Source of the DNA: Bryobacterales bacterium
Lineage (GTDB): Bacteria; Acidobacteriota; Terriglobia; Bryobacterales; Bryobacteraceae
NCBI GenBank assembly: GCA_963774655.1
Contig: CAVZFZ010000007.1
Span: forward strand, 324,085-388,084
Direction: 5' to 3'
Length of the DNA: 64,000 nucleotides
Shown: positions 30,857 to 40,586 of the stretch, piece by piece
Layout of the letters: each line of letters opens with the position of its first letter
Position numbering within the stretch: position 1 is the stretch's first letter
Notes under the pieces: model-generated
Seen by the model: only the letters and a program-made list of their open reading frames with translations
Database searches by the model: none
What the model was told of the DNA's origin: nothing
Program-made: the position numbers and the translations under genes

Positions 30857-32740
30857 ATGCCCGCCATGGGTGAACTGTCTGCGTTCCAATCCGAAATCGC
30901 TTCCAGTTTCGAAGTGGTAGAAGCTGCCCTCGACGCACTGCCGATTCCCGCTTTCCTCAAATCCGAAAGCGGCCATTATCTTTTCGTCAACCAGATGCTT
31001 GCCACTCAAACAGGTCGCCCCAAGGACTACTTCATCGGCAAGCATAGCCGCGACGTCACCGCCACGCTCGAAGCAGAAGAGCTGGTTCTCGAAGACCAGC
31101 GCGTCTTTCGCGGCGAACGAGTAGTAGCAGCCCGTACGGTGCACGTTGCTGGCCGCGAGTTCAGCTACGTCATCACCAAAGAATGCCTCCCGGATACCCG
31201 TTACGGAAAGGTCCTGCTCGGCTGCCTGCATGATAGCAACGCGCAGACGCGCATCCAGGCCGAGCTCGCGCATGAGCGCGATTTCATCTCCGCTGTCCTG
31301 CAGGCTTCCGGCGCCCTGGTGGTGGTATTGGACACCGAAGCGCGCATCGTTCAATTCAATCGCGCCGCTGAAAACGTCACCGGATACTCCAGCGCCGAGC
31401 TGCTCGGAAAAATCTTCTGGGACGTATTACTCCCCTCGGAACGCCGCGCCGCTAGCCAGGTCCGTTTCAAAACGCTGTTCACTACGCGCCAGCCCTCCTT
31501 CTTTGAGTGCGAATGGTTCACCAAATCCGGAGAAGTCCGCCGCATCTCCTTCTCGAACACTCTGCTTCTGGACGACGCGGGCGAAATCCGCAACATCATC
31601 GCCACCGGAATCGACGTAACCGAACGTCATCACGCCCAACAGGCCTTGCTCAAATCCGAAATCCAGTTTCGCTCCACCTGGGAAGCGTCGCGCGAACCCA
31701 TGTTCCTGGGCGACGAGCAGGGGAAAATTCTCCGCGTAAACCACGCATTCAGCCGGATGTTGGGCTCGCCGGTTCCGAGCCTGGAAGGCCGCGAGATCGC
31801 GTCGCTCTTCCTCCCCGATGACCAGCCCGCCATCCGCCGCTGGTACAACGCGCATTTCAGCAGCACCGCGCTCGCGCCGTCGCTCTCCCGCGAGTTCCAG
31901 TTCGCCGATGGACGGTCCGGTACATATGAAATATCGCTCACCGTAGTACGCATTCCCGGCCAGCCCGCTCAAATCCTGGCGGTCTGCCACGACGTGACTT
32001 TGCGCAAACGCATGGTGGAGCGCGCCGAGATGCTGAGCGCCGCCAAGAACGAATTCCTGGCCAACATGAGCCATGAAATCCGCACGCCGCTCAACGGCAT
32101 CCTCGGCTTGACCGGTTTGGCGCTGCAAACCGAACTCGAGTCCGAGACGCGCGAATACCTGGATCTGGTGAAGTCCTCCGCCGAATCGCTGCTGGATCTC
32201 GTCAACGATGTCCTCGACTATTCCAAGTACGACATCGGCAAGATGTCGCTCTGCCCCACCGAATTTAGCTTGCGGAAATCGCTCGCGGAAGCGCTCAGCC
32301 CGCTCGCTCTGCGCGCAGCGGCAAAAGGACTGCAATTCACTTACAACGTCCAGCCGGATGTGCCCGACCTCTTATTCGGCGACGCGCAGCGTCTGGGCCA
32401 GATCCTGACCAACGTTGCAGGCAACGCCGTAAAATTCACGCCCGAGGGCAAAGTTGCAATCAGCGTGCGCTCGGAATCGTCCGAACCCGGCATCCAGTTG
32501 CACTTCACCATCGCGGACACCGGCATCGGCATAGCCGCCTCCCGGCACGCTCAGATTTTTGAACCCTTCACGCAAGTGGATGGCAGTGCAACGCGCAAAT
32601 ACGGAGGCGCCGGACTCGGGCTTTCCATCGCATCTTGTTTGGTGGAACTGATGGGCGGCCGCATTTGGCTCGAAAGCGAACTTGGGAAGGGCAGCACATT
32701 TCACTTCACAGTCGTATTAGGACAGGAGTCGTTTCAATGA
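30857..32740 (+). CDS. Cytoplasmic multi-PAS sensor histidine kinase (HisKA + HATPase_c, no receiver domain)
   Basis: PAS-like repeats, the H-box [13 protein letters not shown], the N/G boxes GNAVKFT and DTGIGI, and GGAGLGLSI. Confidence 0.85.
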   Translation: MPAMGELSAFQSEIASSFEVVEAALDALPIPAFLKSESGHYLFVNQMLATQTGRPKDYFIGKHSRDVTATLEAEELVLEDQRVFRGERVVAARTVHVAGREFSYVITKECLPDTRYGKVLLGCLHDSNAQTRIQAELAHERDFISAVLQASGALVVVLDTEARIVQFNRAAENVTGYSSAELLGKIFWDVLLPSERRAASQVRFKTLFTTRQPSFFECEWFTKSGEVRRISFSNTLLLDDAGEIRNIIATGIDVTERHHAQQALLKSEIQFRSTWEASREPMFLGDEQGKILRVNHAFSRMLGSPVPSLEGREIASLFLPDDQPAIRRWYNAHFSSTALAPSLSREFQFADGRSGTYEISLTVVRIPGQPAQILAVCHDVTLRKRMVERAEMLSAAKNEFLANMSHEIRTPLNGILGLTGLALQTELESETREYLDLVKSSAESLLDLVNDVLDYSKYDIGKMSLCPTEFSLRKSLAEALSPLALRAAAKGLQFTYNVQPDVPDLLFGDAQRLGQILTNVAGNAVKFTPEGKVAISVRSESSEPGIQLHFTIADTGIGIAASRHAQIFEPFTQVDGSATRKYGGAGLGLSIASCLVELMGGRIWLESELGKGSTFHFTVVLGQESFQ

Positions 32741-33114
32741 ATTCGGAATCCAAACCATTGTCGGTAGAAGAACAGCTTCATCGGTTGGATGAATCTGTTG
32801 CGCTCGGCCGCGTCGGCGGCGACGTTGAATTGCTGCGTGAAGTAGTGGGACTGTTTCTGGACGATTATCCGCAGTCGCTCGAATTGATCCGCCAAGCCGT
32901 AGCGCAGGGCGATCAATCCAGCCTGGAGCGCCACGCCCACAGCCTAAAAGGCTCAGTCTCCACCTTCGGCGCCCAGGAAGCCTTCGACGCCGCCCAGGCG
33001 CTCGAAAAACAAGGCCGCACGGGCGACCTCTCGTCCGCCGCCGAAGGCCTGGCCCGCCTGGAACAAGCCCTGATCCACCTCCGCCCCGAACTGGAAGCCC
33101 TCCAAATCCGGTGA
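32737..33114 (+). CDS. Stand-alone Hpt (histidine phosphotransfer) domain protein
   Basis: The ATG overlaps the kinase stop (ATGA). It carries [17 protein letters not shown], the HxxKG phosphotransfer motif. Confidence 0.75.
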   Translation: MNSESKPLSVEEQLHRLDESVALGRVGGDVELLREVVGLFLDDYPQSLELIRQAVAQGDQSSLERHAHSLKGSVSTFGAQEAFDAAQALEKQGRTGDLSSAAEGLARLEQALIHLRPELEALQIR

Positions 33115-33139
33115 CAGGATACTCATTCCCCGATTTACC
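33101..33139 (+). repeat. 39-bp direct repeat, copy 1 (TCCAAATCCGGTGACAGGATACTCATTCCCCGATTTACC)
   Basis: Identical to 34471-34509. It includes the last codons (QIR) and the TGA of the Hpt gene. Confidence 0.95.
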
Positions 33140-33150
33140 GGTGTCGCCGG

Positions 33151-34101
33151 ATGCGAGATACTACCAAGGTGTCTCCTGATTTTCGGACTAAAAGAATCCC
33201 ACTCAGCCATGGATCCGGCCAGATGCCCGTACTCGGCTTTGGCACCCTGATTCCCGATGCAGCCGGGACCATAAGTGCCACCAGAGATGCGCTGGAAGCT
33301 GGATTTCGACACTTCGATTGTGCGGAACGATACCGGAACGAGCGCGAAGTGGGCGAGGCGTTGCAGGCTGGGCTCGCCTCTGCAAAGATTGCGCGGGAAG
33401 ACATCTTTGTCACGACAAAGTTGTGGAACTCCAACCATCGGCCCGAGCGCGTCAAGCCGGCGTTCGATGCGAGTCTCGCCAGACTCGGGCTCAACGATCT
33501 GGATCTCTATCTCATTCACACTCCCTTCGCGTTTCAACCCGGGGACGAGCAGGATCCGCGGGATCCAAACGGCAATATCATTTATGACCGCGGCGTGACC
33601 TTGCTCGAGACCTGGGGGGCGATGGAGAGTCTCGTCGACAGTGGCAGATGCCGGGCCATCGGACTCTCTGATGTCAGCTTGAAAGAACTGGTGCCCATTT
33701 ACGAGTCTGCGAGAATCAAGCCGGCCGTGGTTCAAGTGGAAGCGCATCCGTATCTGCCGGAGACGGAGCTTCTGGATTTCTGCCAGAAGAACGGCATTGT
33801 GTTTTTGGCGTTTGCGCCATTGGGTCACGGAATAAAGCCGGGGCCGCTGGAAGATCCAGTCATTTCGGCGATTGCCGCGCGAGTTGGAAAAACGCCGGCC
33901 CAGGTGCTGTTGGCCTGGGCGGTGCAGCGTGGCACGGCCTTGCTCACCACGCCCAGGACCGCGGCCCGCGCGCGGGAGAATCTCGACATCGCCGCCCTTC
34001 CGGAAGACGCGTTCAACGAGATCAATCGAATTCAGACCAGACAAAGGTTCAACGAAGTGGTGAAGACAGGCAGCCCGGGTTTCATTCCGCAAGGGAGATG
34101 A
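33151..34101 (+). CDS. Aldo/keto reductase
   Basis: GFGTL..., FRHFDCAERYRNE, LWNSNH, and LDLYLIHTPFAF. Confidence 0.85.
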   Translation: MRDTTKVSPDFRTKRIPLSHGSGQMPVLGFGTLIPDAAGTISATRDALEAGFRHFDCAERYRNEREVGEALQAGLASAKIAREDIFVTTKLWNSNHRPERVKPAFDASLARLGLNDLDLYLIHTPFAFQPGDEQDPRDPNGNIIYDRGVTLLETWGAMESLVDSGRCRAIGLSDVSLKELVPIYESARIKPAVVQVEAHPYLPETELLDFCQKNGIVFLAFAPLGHGIKPGPLEDPVISAIAARVGKTPAQVLLAWAVQRGTALLTTPRTAARARENLDIAALPEDAFNEINRIQTRQRFNEVVKTGSPGFIPQGR

Positions 34102-34484
34102 TCATGCAAGAGGAACAAATACGGGAAGCTCTGAATAAGCACTGGCAGGCGTCGGCGTCCGGCGATACGGAAGCCGAACACGATATTTACACCGACGATG
34201 CCATTTGTGATTATCCTCAGTCAGGCGAACGAATCCTAGGGCGAAAGAATTTGCAGGCTTTGCGGAGCCATCATCCCGGGAAGCCGTCTGGTTTCAAGGT
34301 CAGGCGAATGCTCGGGGAAGGGAATCTTTGGGTCACGGAATACACAATCACCTACCAGGGCCGGCCGGCATATACAGTGAGCATTATGGAATTCCGCAAC
34401 GATAAGGTTGTGCACGAGACCCAGTATTTCGCGGATCCCTTCGAGGCGCCAGCCTGGCGCAGCCAATGGGTCCAAATCCGGTGA
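34098..34484 (+). CDS. SnoaL-like / NTF2-fold (ketosteroid isomerase-like) protein
   Basis: 128 aa with an ATGA overlap with the AKR gene. The pattern ALNKHWQASASGDTEAEHDIYTDDAICDYPQSGE...WVTEYTITY is typical of NTF2-like polyketide-cyclase-fold proteins. Confidence 0.6.
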   Translation: MIMQEEQIREALNKHWQASASGDTEAEHDIYTDDAICDYPQSGERILGRKNLQALRSHHPGKPSGFKVRRMLGEGNLWVTEYTITYQGRPAYTVSIMEFRNDKVVHETQYFADPFEAPAWRSQWVQIR

Positions 34485-34509
34485 CAGGATACTCATTCCC
34501 CGATTTACC
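34471..34509 (+). repeat. 39-bp direct repeat, copy 2
   Basis: Identical to 33101-33139. It includes the last codons (QIR) and the TGA of the SnoaL-like gene. Confidence 0.95.
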
Positions 34510-34527
34510 CGGTACCGAGCAGTCCTA

Positions 34528-34611
34528 ACCGAACCGCGACCGCAAGGGAGCGCTACCACGATCGTGCGGGTCCAGCGATGTGCGGCACGCTCCCTTGCGG
34601 TCGCGGTTCGG
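34528..34611. repeat. REP-like hairpin, family R-A
   Basis: AACCGAACCGCGACCGCAAGGGAGCGCTACCACGA ... CGCTCCCTTGCGGTCGCGGTTCGG. Confidence 0.85.
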
Positions 34612-34644
34612 TCGGCGCGCTCTCTGCTATATTTCAATCTGCCA

Positions 34645-35619
34645 ATGCGCCACCTAACAGCCGCGCTCCTCCTCCTCGCCACCGCCGCCCACGCCCAACT
34701 CCCGGATTTCTACAAGCGCGTCAACTGCGTCACTTGGCTGGTGAAATCGCTCGACCGTCCCGCAAAAGGTTGGGCCCAGTTCGGACTCACCAACATCCAA
34801 GAACACAATCTCACTTACGAAGGCGAATATCGTGGCAAGCCGGTATCCATCCCCGTTCGCGGCATCACCGGGAACATCGGCAACTTCACCATCGACATGC
34901 TCCAGCCCACCGGCGCCGGCAACGCATTCTCGGATTTCCTCGCCCACCACGACGACGGAATTTTCTCCATCGTCCACGAAGTCTCGAGCCTGGAAGAAAT
35001 GACCAAAGAAATCGACCGCCTGCGCGCGCTCGGTGTCCAAGTCCTCCAGCAGCTAACGGTAAAAAGTGATCCCGGCCCATTCACCATCACGTACTTCGAC
35101 ACCGCGCCCGAAGGCAAGTACGTCCTCGGACTCATTTACTCGCCCAACGGCGCGCCCGCCAACAACAGCCCGCCCGGAAAAATCTCGCACATCGGAATCA
35201 TCGCCCGCGAGTCTGAAGGCCCCTCGGCCTATTGGCAGAAGCTCGGATTTCCCGCCATGCCCAAATCGCACGCCAGCCCGCGTGAGGATTCCCGCTACCA
35301 CGCGAAGCCCCTCTGGCTCGATTTCGATGTTTGCTGGCAGCGCCACACACAGTTTACCTACGAATGGATCATCCCGCCCGCCACTCCTCCCAACCTCTAT
35401 GTCGATTACCTCAAAACTCACGGCGAGGGCATCCAACATCTCGGTGTGCCGGTAGAAGATCTCGATAAGTCCGTCGCCGATTATCAAAAGCTCGGCTACT
35501 CCGTCGCCCAGTCCGGCGCTTGGGGTGAAACCGGTAAAAAAGGCTCCGGCCGCTACGCCTATCTGGATACGGATTCCATCGGCGGCGTCATCGCCGAGAT
35601 CCTCCATCCGGTCAACTGA
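34645..35619 (+). CDS. Secreted two-module VOC (glyoxalase/dioxygenase fold) family protein
   Basis: I chose the start MRHLTAALLLLATAAHAQ, downstream of the REP. Module motifs are SHIGIIARE and IQHLGVPVEDLDKSVADYQKLGY. Confidence 0.6.
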   Translation: MRHLTAALLLLATAAHAQLPDFYKRVNCVTWLVKSLDRPAKGWAQFGLTNIQEHNLTYEGEYRGKPVSIPVRGITGNIGNFTIDMLQPTGAGNAFSDFLAHHDDGIFSIVHEVSSLEEMTKEIDRLRALGVQVLQQLTVKSDPGPFTITYFDTAPEGKYVLGLIYSPNGAPANNSPPGKISHIGIIARESEGPSAYWQKLGFPAMPKSHASPREDSRYHAKPLWLDFDVCWQRHTQFTYEWIIPPATPPNLYVDYLKTHGEGIQHLGVPVEDLDKSVADYQKLGYSVAQSGAWGETGKKGSGRYAYLDTDSIGGVIAEILHPVN

Positions 35620-35621
35620 GA

Positions 35622-36959
35622 ATGTCCACGCCCCAGTGGTCCTCCCGGCCTGCGTTCTATCTCGCTACAGTTGGAGCTGCCGTTGGATTGGGCAGCATCT
35701 GGCGCTTGCCTTATCAAGTGGGATCCAGCGGCGGGAGCGCTTTCGTTTTCGTCTTCACCATCGCCTGCCTGCTCATCGCCACGCCTCTGCTGGTCGCTGA
35801 ATTTCTGATCGGACGCCACTCTCGTCTCAACCCGCCGCAGTCCGCCGGCGCAGTGGCGCTCGAGTCCGGACTCTCCACGCGCTGGAACATCATCGGCGTG
35901 CTCGGCACTCTGGCGGGCTTCGCCATGATGGGGTGTTATACGGTTGTCGCAAGCTGGGTGCTCGCCTATTCGTGGAAGTGTGCGAGCGGTGCATTGGTCG
36001 GGCTGCACCGTCCCGAAGTCGCCAGGCTCTGGCACTCTTTTCTAGCGAGCCCCCTGGAAATGGGCGTGTGGCATCTCGGTTTTCTCGCTATCGTCATCCT
36101 GATCTCAGCTCGCGGCGTGAGCCGGGGCATCGAAATCGCCACCAAAGTCCGCGCGCCGATTCTACTGATCCTCCTGACCGGACTTGCCGCCTACGCCTTG
36201 ATCAACGGCGATGCCCGCGCGGGATTGCGCTTCGCTTTCGCGCCAAATTTATCCGCCATCACTCCCAAAGTTGTCCTCGCTGCGATCGGCCAGGCCTTTT
36301 ACGCCACTGGAGTTGGCGCGGCCATGATGCTGGCGTACGGCGCATACGTCGCGAAAGGAACCTCGCTGCTGCGTGCCGCCATAATCATCTCGGCATCTAT
36401 TCTTCTCGTCTCGCTCCTCGCCACGCTCACCATCTTCCCACTGGTCTTTCGCTACGGGATGAATCCCGCCCAAGGCCCAGATCTGGTGTTCGATGTCCTA
36501 GCCACCGTCTTCGCCGAAATGCCCGGAGGTCGCCTGGTAGGCACTTTGTTTTTCGTGCTGTTGGTATTTGCAGCCTTAACACCAACCATCGCCGGATTTG
36601 AGCCGCTGGTCGCCTGGTTCCAGCAGCGCTGGCGTCTGTCCCGTGTCCGGGCAGTCATCGCGGCTGTTTTCGGCGGATGGATTATTGGCGTCGGCGGACT
36701 CCTCTCCTTCAACGTCTTGTCCGGCCGGCGTCCCTTCGGGCGAACTGTTTTCGACTGGATGGATTTCGTCCCATCCAACATCATGCTGCCGCTCGGAGCG
36801 CTTGCGACCAGCATATTCGTAGGCTGGCGGATCAGCCGGGTCATCCTGGCGAGTGAGCTAAGTGAAACCAGCCCATTCGCCCAACGTTGGTGCGTTTGGG
36901 CGCTCCGCTACGTGTGCCCAATCGCGATCACCGCAGTCTTCATCGCAGCCCTCTGGTAA
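35622..36959 (+). CDS. Sodium-dependent transporter, NSS (SNF) family
   Basis: GAAVGLGSIWRLPYQVGSSGGSAF at the N-terminus and about 11-12 transmembrane segments. Confidence 0.8.
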   Translation: MSTPQWSSRPAFYLATVGAAVGLGSIWRLPYQVGSSGGSAFVFVFTIACLLIATPLLVAEFLIGRHSRLNPPQSAGAVALESGLSTRWNIIGVLGTLAGFAMMGCYTVVASWVLAYSWKCASGALVGLHRPEVARLWHSFLASPLEMGVWHLGFLAIVILISARGVSRGIEIATKVRAPILLILLTGLAAYALINGDARAGLRFAFAPNLSAITPKVVLAAIGQAFYATGVGAAMMLAYGAYVAKGTSLLRAAIIISASILLVSLLATLTIFPLVFRYGMNPAQGPDLVFDVLATVFAEMPGGRLVGTLFFVLLVFAALTPTIAGFEPLVAWFQQRWRLSRVRAVIAAVFGGWIIGVGGLLSFNVLSGRRPFGRTVFDWMDFVPSNIMLPLGALATSIFVGWRISRVILASELSETSPFAQRWCVWALRYVCPIAITAVFIAALW

Positions 36960-36969
36960 ATTCCGTTCT

Positions 36970-37046
36970 ACCGAACCGCGACCGCAAGGGAGCGCTACCA
37001 CGACAGCCGACCCATGCGTTACGCTCCCTTGCGGTCGCGGTTCGGT
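36970..37046. repeat. REP-like hairpin, family R-A
   Basis: ACCGAACCGCGACCGCAAGGGAGCGCTACCACGA ... ACGCTCCCTTGCGGTCGCGGTTCGG. Confidence 0.85.
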
Positions 37047-37081
37047 GGCCAGCGCGTCTGCTATATTTTAAGTCTGCTCCT

Positions 37082-37927
37082 ATGACTTCAACTTCCGTGA
37101 CGGAAATCGTCTGCGCGCACAGCCCCGATTCCGACGACGCGTACATGTTCTACGGCTTGGCCACCAAGAAGGTCCGTTCCCGGCTGGTCACCTTTCGTCA
37201 CGTGCTGGAAGACATCGAGACCCTCAACCGCAAAGCTGGCGAAGGAGCCTACGAACTCACAGCGATTTCCTACCATGCTTATCCCTATGTCGCGGACAAG
37301 TACGTGCTCATGGCCAGCGGATCCAGCATTGGCGATGGCTACGGGCCAATCCTGGTCAGCACCAAGCCCATGGCGCCCGAGGAGATCAAAGGAAAGAAGA
37401 TCGCCATCCCCGGCCGCATGACCAGCGCGTACCTCGCGCTCAAGTTGTTCGAGCCTGATTTTGAGGAAGTCCCCATTCCGTTCGACAAGATTCTGGACGC
37501 CGTGGGCGAGCACACTGTCGACGCCGGTCTCATCATTCACGAAGGCCAGCTCACTTATGGCCGCAGCGGATATCAAAATGTTCTGGATCTCGGCCGCTGG
37601 TGGAAGAATACCTATGATCTGCCGCTGCCGCTGGGCGGGAACGTGCTGCTGCGCTCGCTCCCGGACGAGGTGAAGAGCGAATGCTGCCGCCTGATGCGCG
37701 AAAGCATTCAGTACGCGCTCGATCACAACGAAGAGTCGCTGAATTACGCTATGCAATTCGCGCGCGACCTGGAGCCGCGCCTGGCCGAAAAGTTCGTGGG
37801 AATGTACGTCAATCACTTCACCGTGGATTGCGGCGAGCTGGTGCCGCGCGCCGCTCAGAAACTGCTCGACCTGGGCTATGAGGCCGGGATCATTTCCAAG
37901 AAAGTCACCGTCGAGTTCGTCCGTTGA
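37082..37927 (+). CDS. MqnA/MqnD/SBP-fold family protein (MqnD-like, futalosine-pathway related)
   Basis: I chose the start MTSTSVTEIV, downstream of the REP. HSPDSDDAYMFYGL and GDGYGPILV resemble the MqnD-type family as I recall it. Confidence 0.55.
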   Translation: MTSTSVTEIVCAHSPDSDDAYMFYGLATKKVRSRLVTFRHVLEDIETLNRKAGEGAYELTAISYHAYPYVADKYVLMASGSSIGDGYGPILVSTKPMAPEEIKGKKIAIPGRMTSAYLALKLFEPDFEEVPIPFDKILDAVGEHTVDAGLIIHEGQLTYGRSGYQNVLDLGRWWKNTYDLPLPLGGNVLLRSLPDEVKSECCRLMRESIQYALDHNEESLNYAMQFARDLEPRLAEKFVGMYVNHFTVDCGELVPRAAQKLLDLGYEAGIISKKVTVEFVR

Positions 37928-37932
37928 GCAAT

Positions 37933-39338
37933 ATGTTCGGAAGCAAATCCCGTTGGATGCTGGCGGGTTCGCTGCTGGCCGCCTGCCTCTCTCTGCATGC
38001 GCAAGACGATCCCAAACAGCGCGCCAAAATTGTTCGGGAACTGAGTAAAGGCAACTCAGATTCAATTCCGAAGATCGAACCTTACTCACCGACCCTGTTC
38101 TCGACGTCCGGATTGAAGCAGTCAAGGCAATCTGCGACATCGGCACGCAGCGCAGCCTGGATCCATTGATCAAAGCCTTGAACGACACCGATCCCGAAGT
38201 CCAGATTCGCGCGACAGATGGCTTGGTGAATTTCTATCTTCCCGGATACGCCAGAACCGGTCTCGGGCTTCGTTCCGCCGCCTGGGCACGTCCATCAAAA
38301 GCAAATTCACCGACACCAACGACCAGGTAATTGATGCCTTCATTCAGGCTCGTCCCGAAGTGGTGCGGGCGCTCGGAAAAGTCGCCCGCGGTGGCGCCAG
38401 CATGGATTCCCGCGCCAACGCCGCTCGCGCCGTTGGCATCCTGCGGGGCCGCGAAGCCCTTCCCGATCTCGCCGAAGCCCTGCGCTCGAAAGATAGCCAG
38501 GTGATCTACGAATCGCTGATCGCGATTCAAAAGATCCGCGACCCAGCCGCTGGCCCGCGCGTCGCATTCCTGCTGCGCGACCTGGATGAAAAGGTCCAGA
38601 TCGCCGCCATCGAGACCACTGGGTTGCTCGCCAATCGCGGCGCCATCAACGATCTTCGCGACATCCTGGATCGCTCCAAGCAAAATGCCCGTGAAGCGCG
38701 CCGCCCTCACCGCCATGGCCCAGATGCCCGACCCGGAATTGCACGGGATTTACTTGTCGCGCCTCTCGGACAAAGACGAAGGTATCCGCGAAGCCGCCGC
38801 CGAAGGAATCGCCCGATTGAAAAATCCGGACGACCTGCCGAAAACGGAAAGCGCATTCTCAATTGAGAAGAAAACCGGCCCGCGCCTGTCCTTCGCGTTC
38901 GCGCTAGCCAGTCTCGGTAAGCGCGATATGGGCGAACTCGCTCCGCTGCGCTATTTGGTGAACAGCTTGAATTCCGCGGCTTATCGCGGTGTCTCGCGCG
39001 CTTATCTCACCGAGCTAGCTCGCGATCCCGCAACCAGGAGCGCTCTCTATCCCGTATTAACCGAATCCACCGCCACCAAAGAAGAAAAAACCGGATTGGC
39101 GCAAGTTTTGTCCGTCAGCGGCGATCGCGAGTCCATCGCGCCTCTCGAAGCTTTAGTGAAAGATTCTTCGCCCGATGTCTCCCAGGAAGCCACCCGCGCT
39201 TTGAGGTTTGGCGAAACGGCCTGCGAGGTGAATGGGTCTCGAAAACGAAATCCGATTTACAGGAGAGTGCATGAATCGAGTATGCAGCATTTCGCGCAGT
39301 ATTGCAGTTGTTCCCGAGAGCAGTCCAACAAGCGGTGA
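37933..39338 (+). CDS. HEAT-repeat lipoprotein-like protein; at least three frameshifts, 3' end running into an IS remnant
   Basis: Signal-like N-terminus. HEAT-type repeats (DPEVQIRATDGL, SRANAARAVGILRGREALPDLAEALRSKDSQV, DEKVQIAAIETTG, DEGIREAAAEGIARL) are spread over four frames, with jumps near 38085, 38270 and 38688. The ORF stays open to 39338, but from about 39210 the sequence appears IS-derived. Confidence 0.6.
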
Positions 39339-40420
39339 AGTTTCATTGGCCGAACATCATCGTGGGTTACTGTTGGGGGCAATTATAGCATGGTGCAACT
39401 CGGTCAGGCCAAGTCACTGCGTGAGATTTGCAACGGGCTGATGGCGATCGAAGGGAAGTTGAAACACCTGGGCATCGACAAGGCACCGAACAAGAGCGCG
39501 CTGGCTTAGCCAATGAAAGCCGGCTCTGGAACGGATAAGAGTTAGTTTGAGAATGTGGGGCAGGATGCAGAGGGCACAGCACAAAAAGGAAGTTGCTCAA
39601 GAACAAGCTGTTGAGCTGGACCACAGCATCGATGTGTGCTTGCTGTTTGACTGGGCTAAATCAAAAGCACAAAGGAGCGGCAAGATCACTGCTGCTGGAA
39701 CGAAGGGTACTGCGGTTGCCACATCACCGATGGCAAAAGCACGACATGACGGTGGCGCGCAGTTCAAATTCAGCCGGCACAATTATCGCATGGACAAAGG
39801 CTATGTGGATTCGACTGGTGGGAGCGGCTCACCGAGCAAGGCGTCTATTCGTGACGCGGTTAAAGCGGGATCTGCTGTGGGATGAAGTGGAGGCTCGCCG
39901 GTTCCGCAGAATTCCAACATCCGTAGGACCAGATCATTCAGTTGCGAGCTTCCCAACAACGCAGCTATGCATGACGCTGCGATGGTGACTCTGTGGGATG
40001 CGGAGAAACAGAAGAATTCAGTTTCTGACAACACGGGGTTGGGGGCCACACCAACGCGCATCTACAAAGAGCGCTGGCAGATCGAGATCTTCTAAAACAT
40101 TGAAACAATTGCTGCGGGTGAAGACCTTGTCGGCACCAGCGCCAACGCGCTGAAAACCCAGATCTGGGCGGCGCTAATTGCGGTGCTGATCCTGAAGTAT
40201 CTCAAGCTCAAGTCAAGTTTCGGCTGGTCGTTGTCGAATCTGGTAGCGCTGCTGCGGCAGCGACTATTGGTGTATCGCCACCTGTACCAATGGCTGGACA
40301 ATCCTTACCAAGCCCCTCCTCTGCTGGAGGGTATCCACGACGTTCAACTGGCGCTCGGGTTTTAGCGCCGACAAATCTGGACGCGCGCTCAGGGCCTCCA
40401 TAAAAGCTAGCTTTTAGGAT
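39210..40420 (+). mobile_element. IS4-family insertion sequence remnant; transposase pseudogene (about 39262-40365) with many frameshifts and in-frame stops
   Basis: Transposase motifs are scattered over all three plus frames: MVQLGQAKSLREICNGLMAIEGKLKHLGI, LDHSIDVCLLFDWAK, HITDGK..HDMTVAR, MDKGYVD, LFVTRLK, and IYKERWQIEIF..LKQLLRVKTFVGTSANALKTQIWAALIAVLILKYL. GC content is visibly lower than in the flanks. The element ends are not defined. Confidence 0.8.
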
Positions 40421-40506
40421 AGTGAGTCAGTTTAAGAATGTGGACAGCACCAATCGATGTCATCGCTGCAGACGGGTCAATGTTTCCCCAACCCGCTTGA
40501 GTTTGC

Positions 40507-40548
40507 GCCGATCTGGCAATCGAGCGGCAGGTTACCAACCTGCCCCAC
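40507..40548. repeat. Partial copy of family Q4 (GCCGATCTGGCAATCGAGCGGCAGGTTACCAACCTGCCCCAC)
   Basis: Matches the right part of 58491-58581. Confidence 0.7.
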
Positions 40549-40586
40549 GTGCTGAAACCGCTTTTAGTTTGTGCGGGACAATAGAA

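Noticed and set aside
30269-31354. A 361-aa minus-strand ORF.
   Set aside because: It is a chimera. Only its 3' part (below 30811) is the esterase N-terminal half. The part above 30857 is antisense to the PAS kinase and shows no protein-like features.
34408-34644. N-terminal extensions of track ORFs that run through REP elements (34408-35619, 36887-37927, 25467-26033, 58582-60462).
   Set aside because: The extensions consist of repeat-derived peptides. Internal ATGs followed by signal peptides or conserved N-termini give the plausible starts: 34645, 37082 and 25521, and on the minus strand 60147.
39541-39580. AGTTTGAGAATGTGGGGCAGGATGC, and the similar AGTTTAAGAATGTGGACAGCAC at 40429, considered as terminal repeats of the IS.
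   Set aside because: The first copy lies inside the transposase coding region, the two are in direct orientation, and the match is short. That is not enough to define the IS ends.
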